This document shows, piece after piece, positions 62,760 to 64,000 of a DNA stretch of 64,000 nt. The translations under genes and the position numbers were made by a program. Position 1 is the first letter of the stretch, and each line of letters starts with the position of its first letter. The DNA is from Octopus bimaculoides (lineage: Eukaryota), in contig NC_068981.1 of NCBI RefSeq assembly GCF_001194135.2, forward strand, positions 47,428,886 through 47,492,885. The letters are read 5' to 3'. A model generated the notes under the pieces. The model was not told where the DNA came from. It searched no databases and was given only the letters and a program-made list of their open reading frames with translations.

Positions 62760-64000
62760 AATTTCATTTACTTTTATATTCATCGACAAAGTATTGCACA
62801 ATGTCTGTGAATGACACCATTGGTGGCAACTCACCACATCGAAAACACAGATACGTCAACTCAAACCGCTCACGGAACAATTCTTTCAGTTTATCTGCTC
62901 TATCACTCTTCAGCAAACCACCCACCCGGTCGTCCTCTGTATATTCACTTCCCGTTATCTTAAGTCTTCTAACATATTTCATCTTCCTAATCCTCTTCTC
63001 TATTTCTATACTCTACTCGTATTCTACCATCCTCCTCAAATTTATTCTTTTCGCCTCCTCTTTCCACTTTCCATCTCCACTCTCTCCCAATCTTCCTGGT
63101 AATTGTGTCTCCATCTTACTACCGCGCCTCATTGTTGCTTCCTTTCATTTCAGTATACTTTATTTTTTCTTTTTCATTTGTTCTCTCTTCTTCACTTTTC
63201 TCTTTGCTACTTCTGCACATTCTATCTGAATCTTCTCCAACTTGCATTTCCTCTTTTTTCGTGGATTTTTTAGAGGCGATAATGCATTTTCCTCCTATTT
63301 TTCTTACTCTTTCCAACTGGGTATTTCGCTTCTAGTGCTTCCATTACATCCTTTACCTGGCCTTGCGCCACCACACCTTACTCCATCTCCTCCTCTTGCT
63401 GCTCCTGTTCTACCTCCTGTTCCACTTCTTGTTTCTGGGGACACCTTGCTTGCATGTGACCCCGTACACTCTCAGTTTGACGTCTTCCGGTAGCACAATC
63501 TCATCTACAATTTTATGCAGATCCGGGACACTGATTTGAACCGTCACCTCAAGGCCGTATCCAAACCAGCTCACCTCATTGTCCTCGTGACCTTCAGAAC
63601 ATTGGTTTCCTCCTCGGTGTTGAAGAGGGATGCCGCCACCAGCCACGTTTCCACAATTTCTGGGGGCACTCTGCCAATTCTCATTCTGACCTTACGTTTC
63701 CCACAATAGTTCGGCAGTAGTGCCCACTCATCCGACTTTAATGGCACAGTGGATCACTTTATTGCGTCTTGTTCGGTCGCAAACTGTACTTCCACTGTGT
63801 CGTACTTCTTGCTTTTGGTGTAGTATGTGGTAAGGTGGTTCACATACATGAGGCACTCCATTTCTTCAATGCTTGCTAATTCAATCTTTTTGATGCTGTT
63901 CGACAATGTTCTATAAACAACCGGCTTTTGTTCGCTGTTTCTTCCAATATTTCTTTTGGAGGGGTCAGTCTCAGGCTGTTTCCTTCCTTAGCAATTACCT
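62760..64000 (-). mobile_element. L1/Tx1-like LINE ORF1 and start of ORF2 (runs off the window end)
   Basis: Largely open minus frame from 64000 to ~63410 (...DTVEVQFATEQDAIK...VRMRIGRVPPEI...WFGYGLEVTVQISVPDLHKIVDEIVLPE), an RRM-like ORF1 pattern. A purine-rich linker follows, then an APE-like FRERFELT piece. Confidence 0.6.

Overview
Eukaryotic, AT-rich, microsatellite-dense DNA from a gapped draft assembly (10 N-runs, most flanked by (TA)n). I found no host protein-coding gene, intact RNA gene or CRISPR array. The long 'ORFs' in the track are translated microsatellites or N-gaps. The window is a layered field of decayed transposable elements: many 3' fragments of R4-clade (Rex6/Dong-like) RT + restriction-like-endonuclease LINEs sitting at (AAT)n tracts, a Tx1/L1-like LINE, Penelope-like RT/GIY-YIG relics, an RTE fragment, a Ty3/gypsy pol relic, a Merlin transposase relic and three tRNA-like SINE families. 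The repeat style resembles octopus-type cephalopod DNA, but that is an inference from recall, not a search. Main observations: (1) five minimal type-I hammerhead-ribozyme-like motifs, one nearly canonical (39619-39659, minus), and in two places an R4 LINE 3' end plus (AAT)n lies just upstream of one; (2) an R4 LINE bracketed by an inverted pair of hammerhead-bearing repeats; (3) a twin-priming-type 5' inversion in an R4-clade LINE (16702-18468); (4) a 40-nt 3'-UTR stem-loop found in four LINE copies, with a compensatory base pair; (5) an unexplained foldback of two homologous, coding-looking arms (50976-51350). Alignments, identities and folds were done by eye, and element boundaries are approximate unless given to the base.
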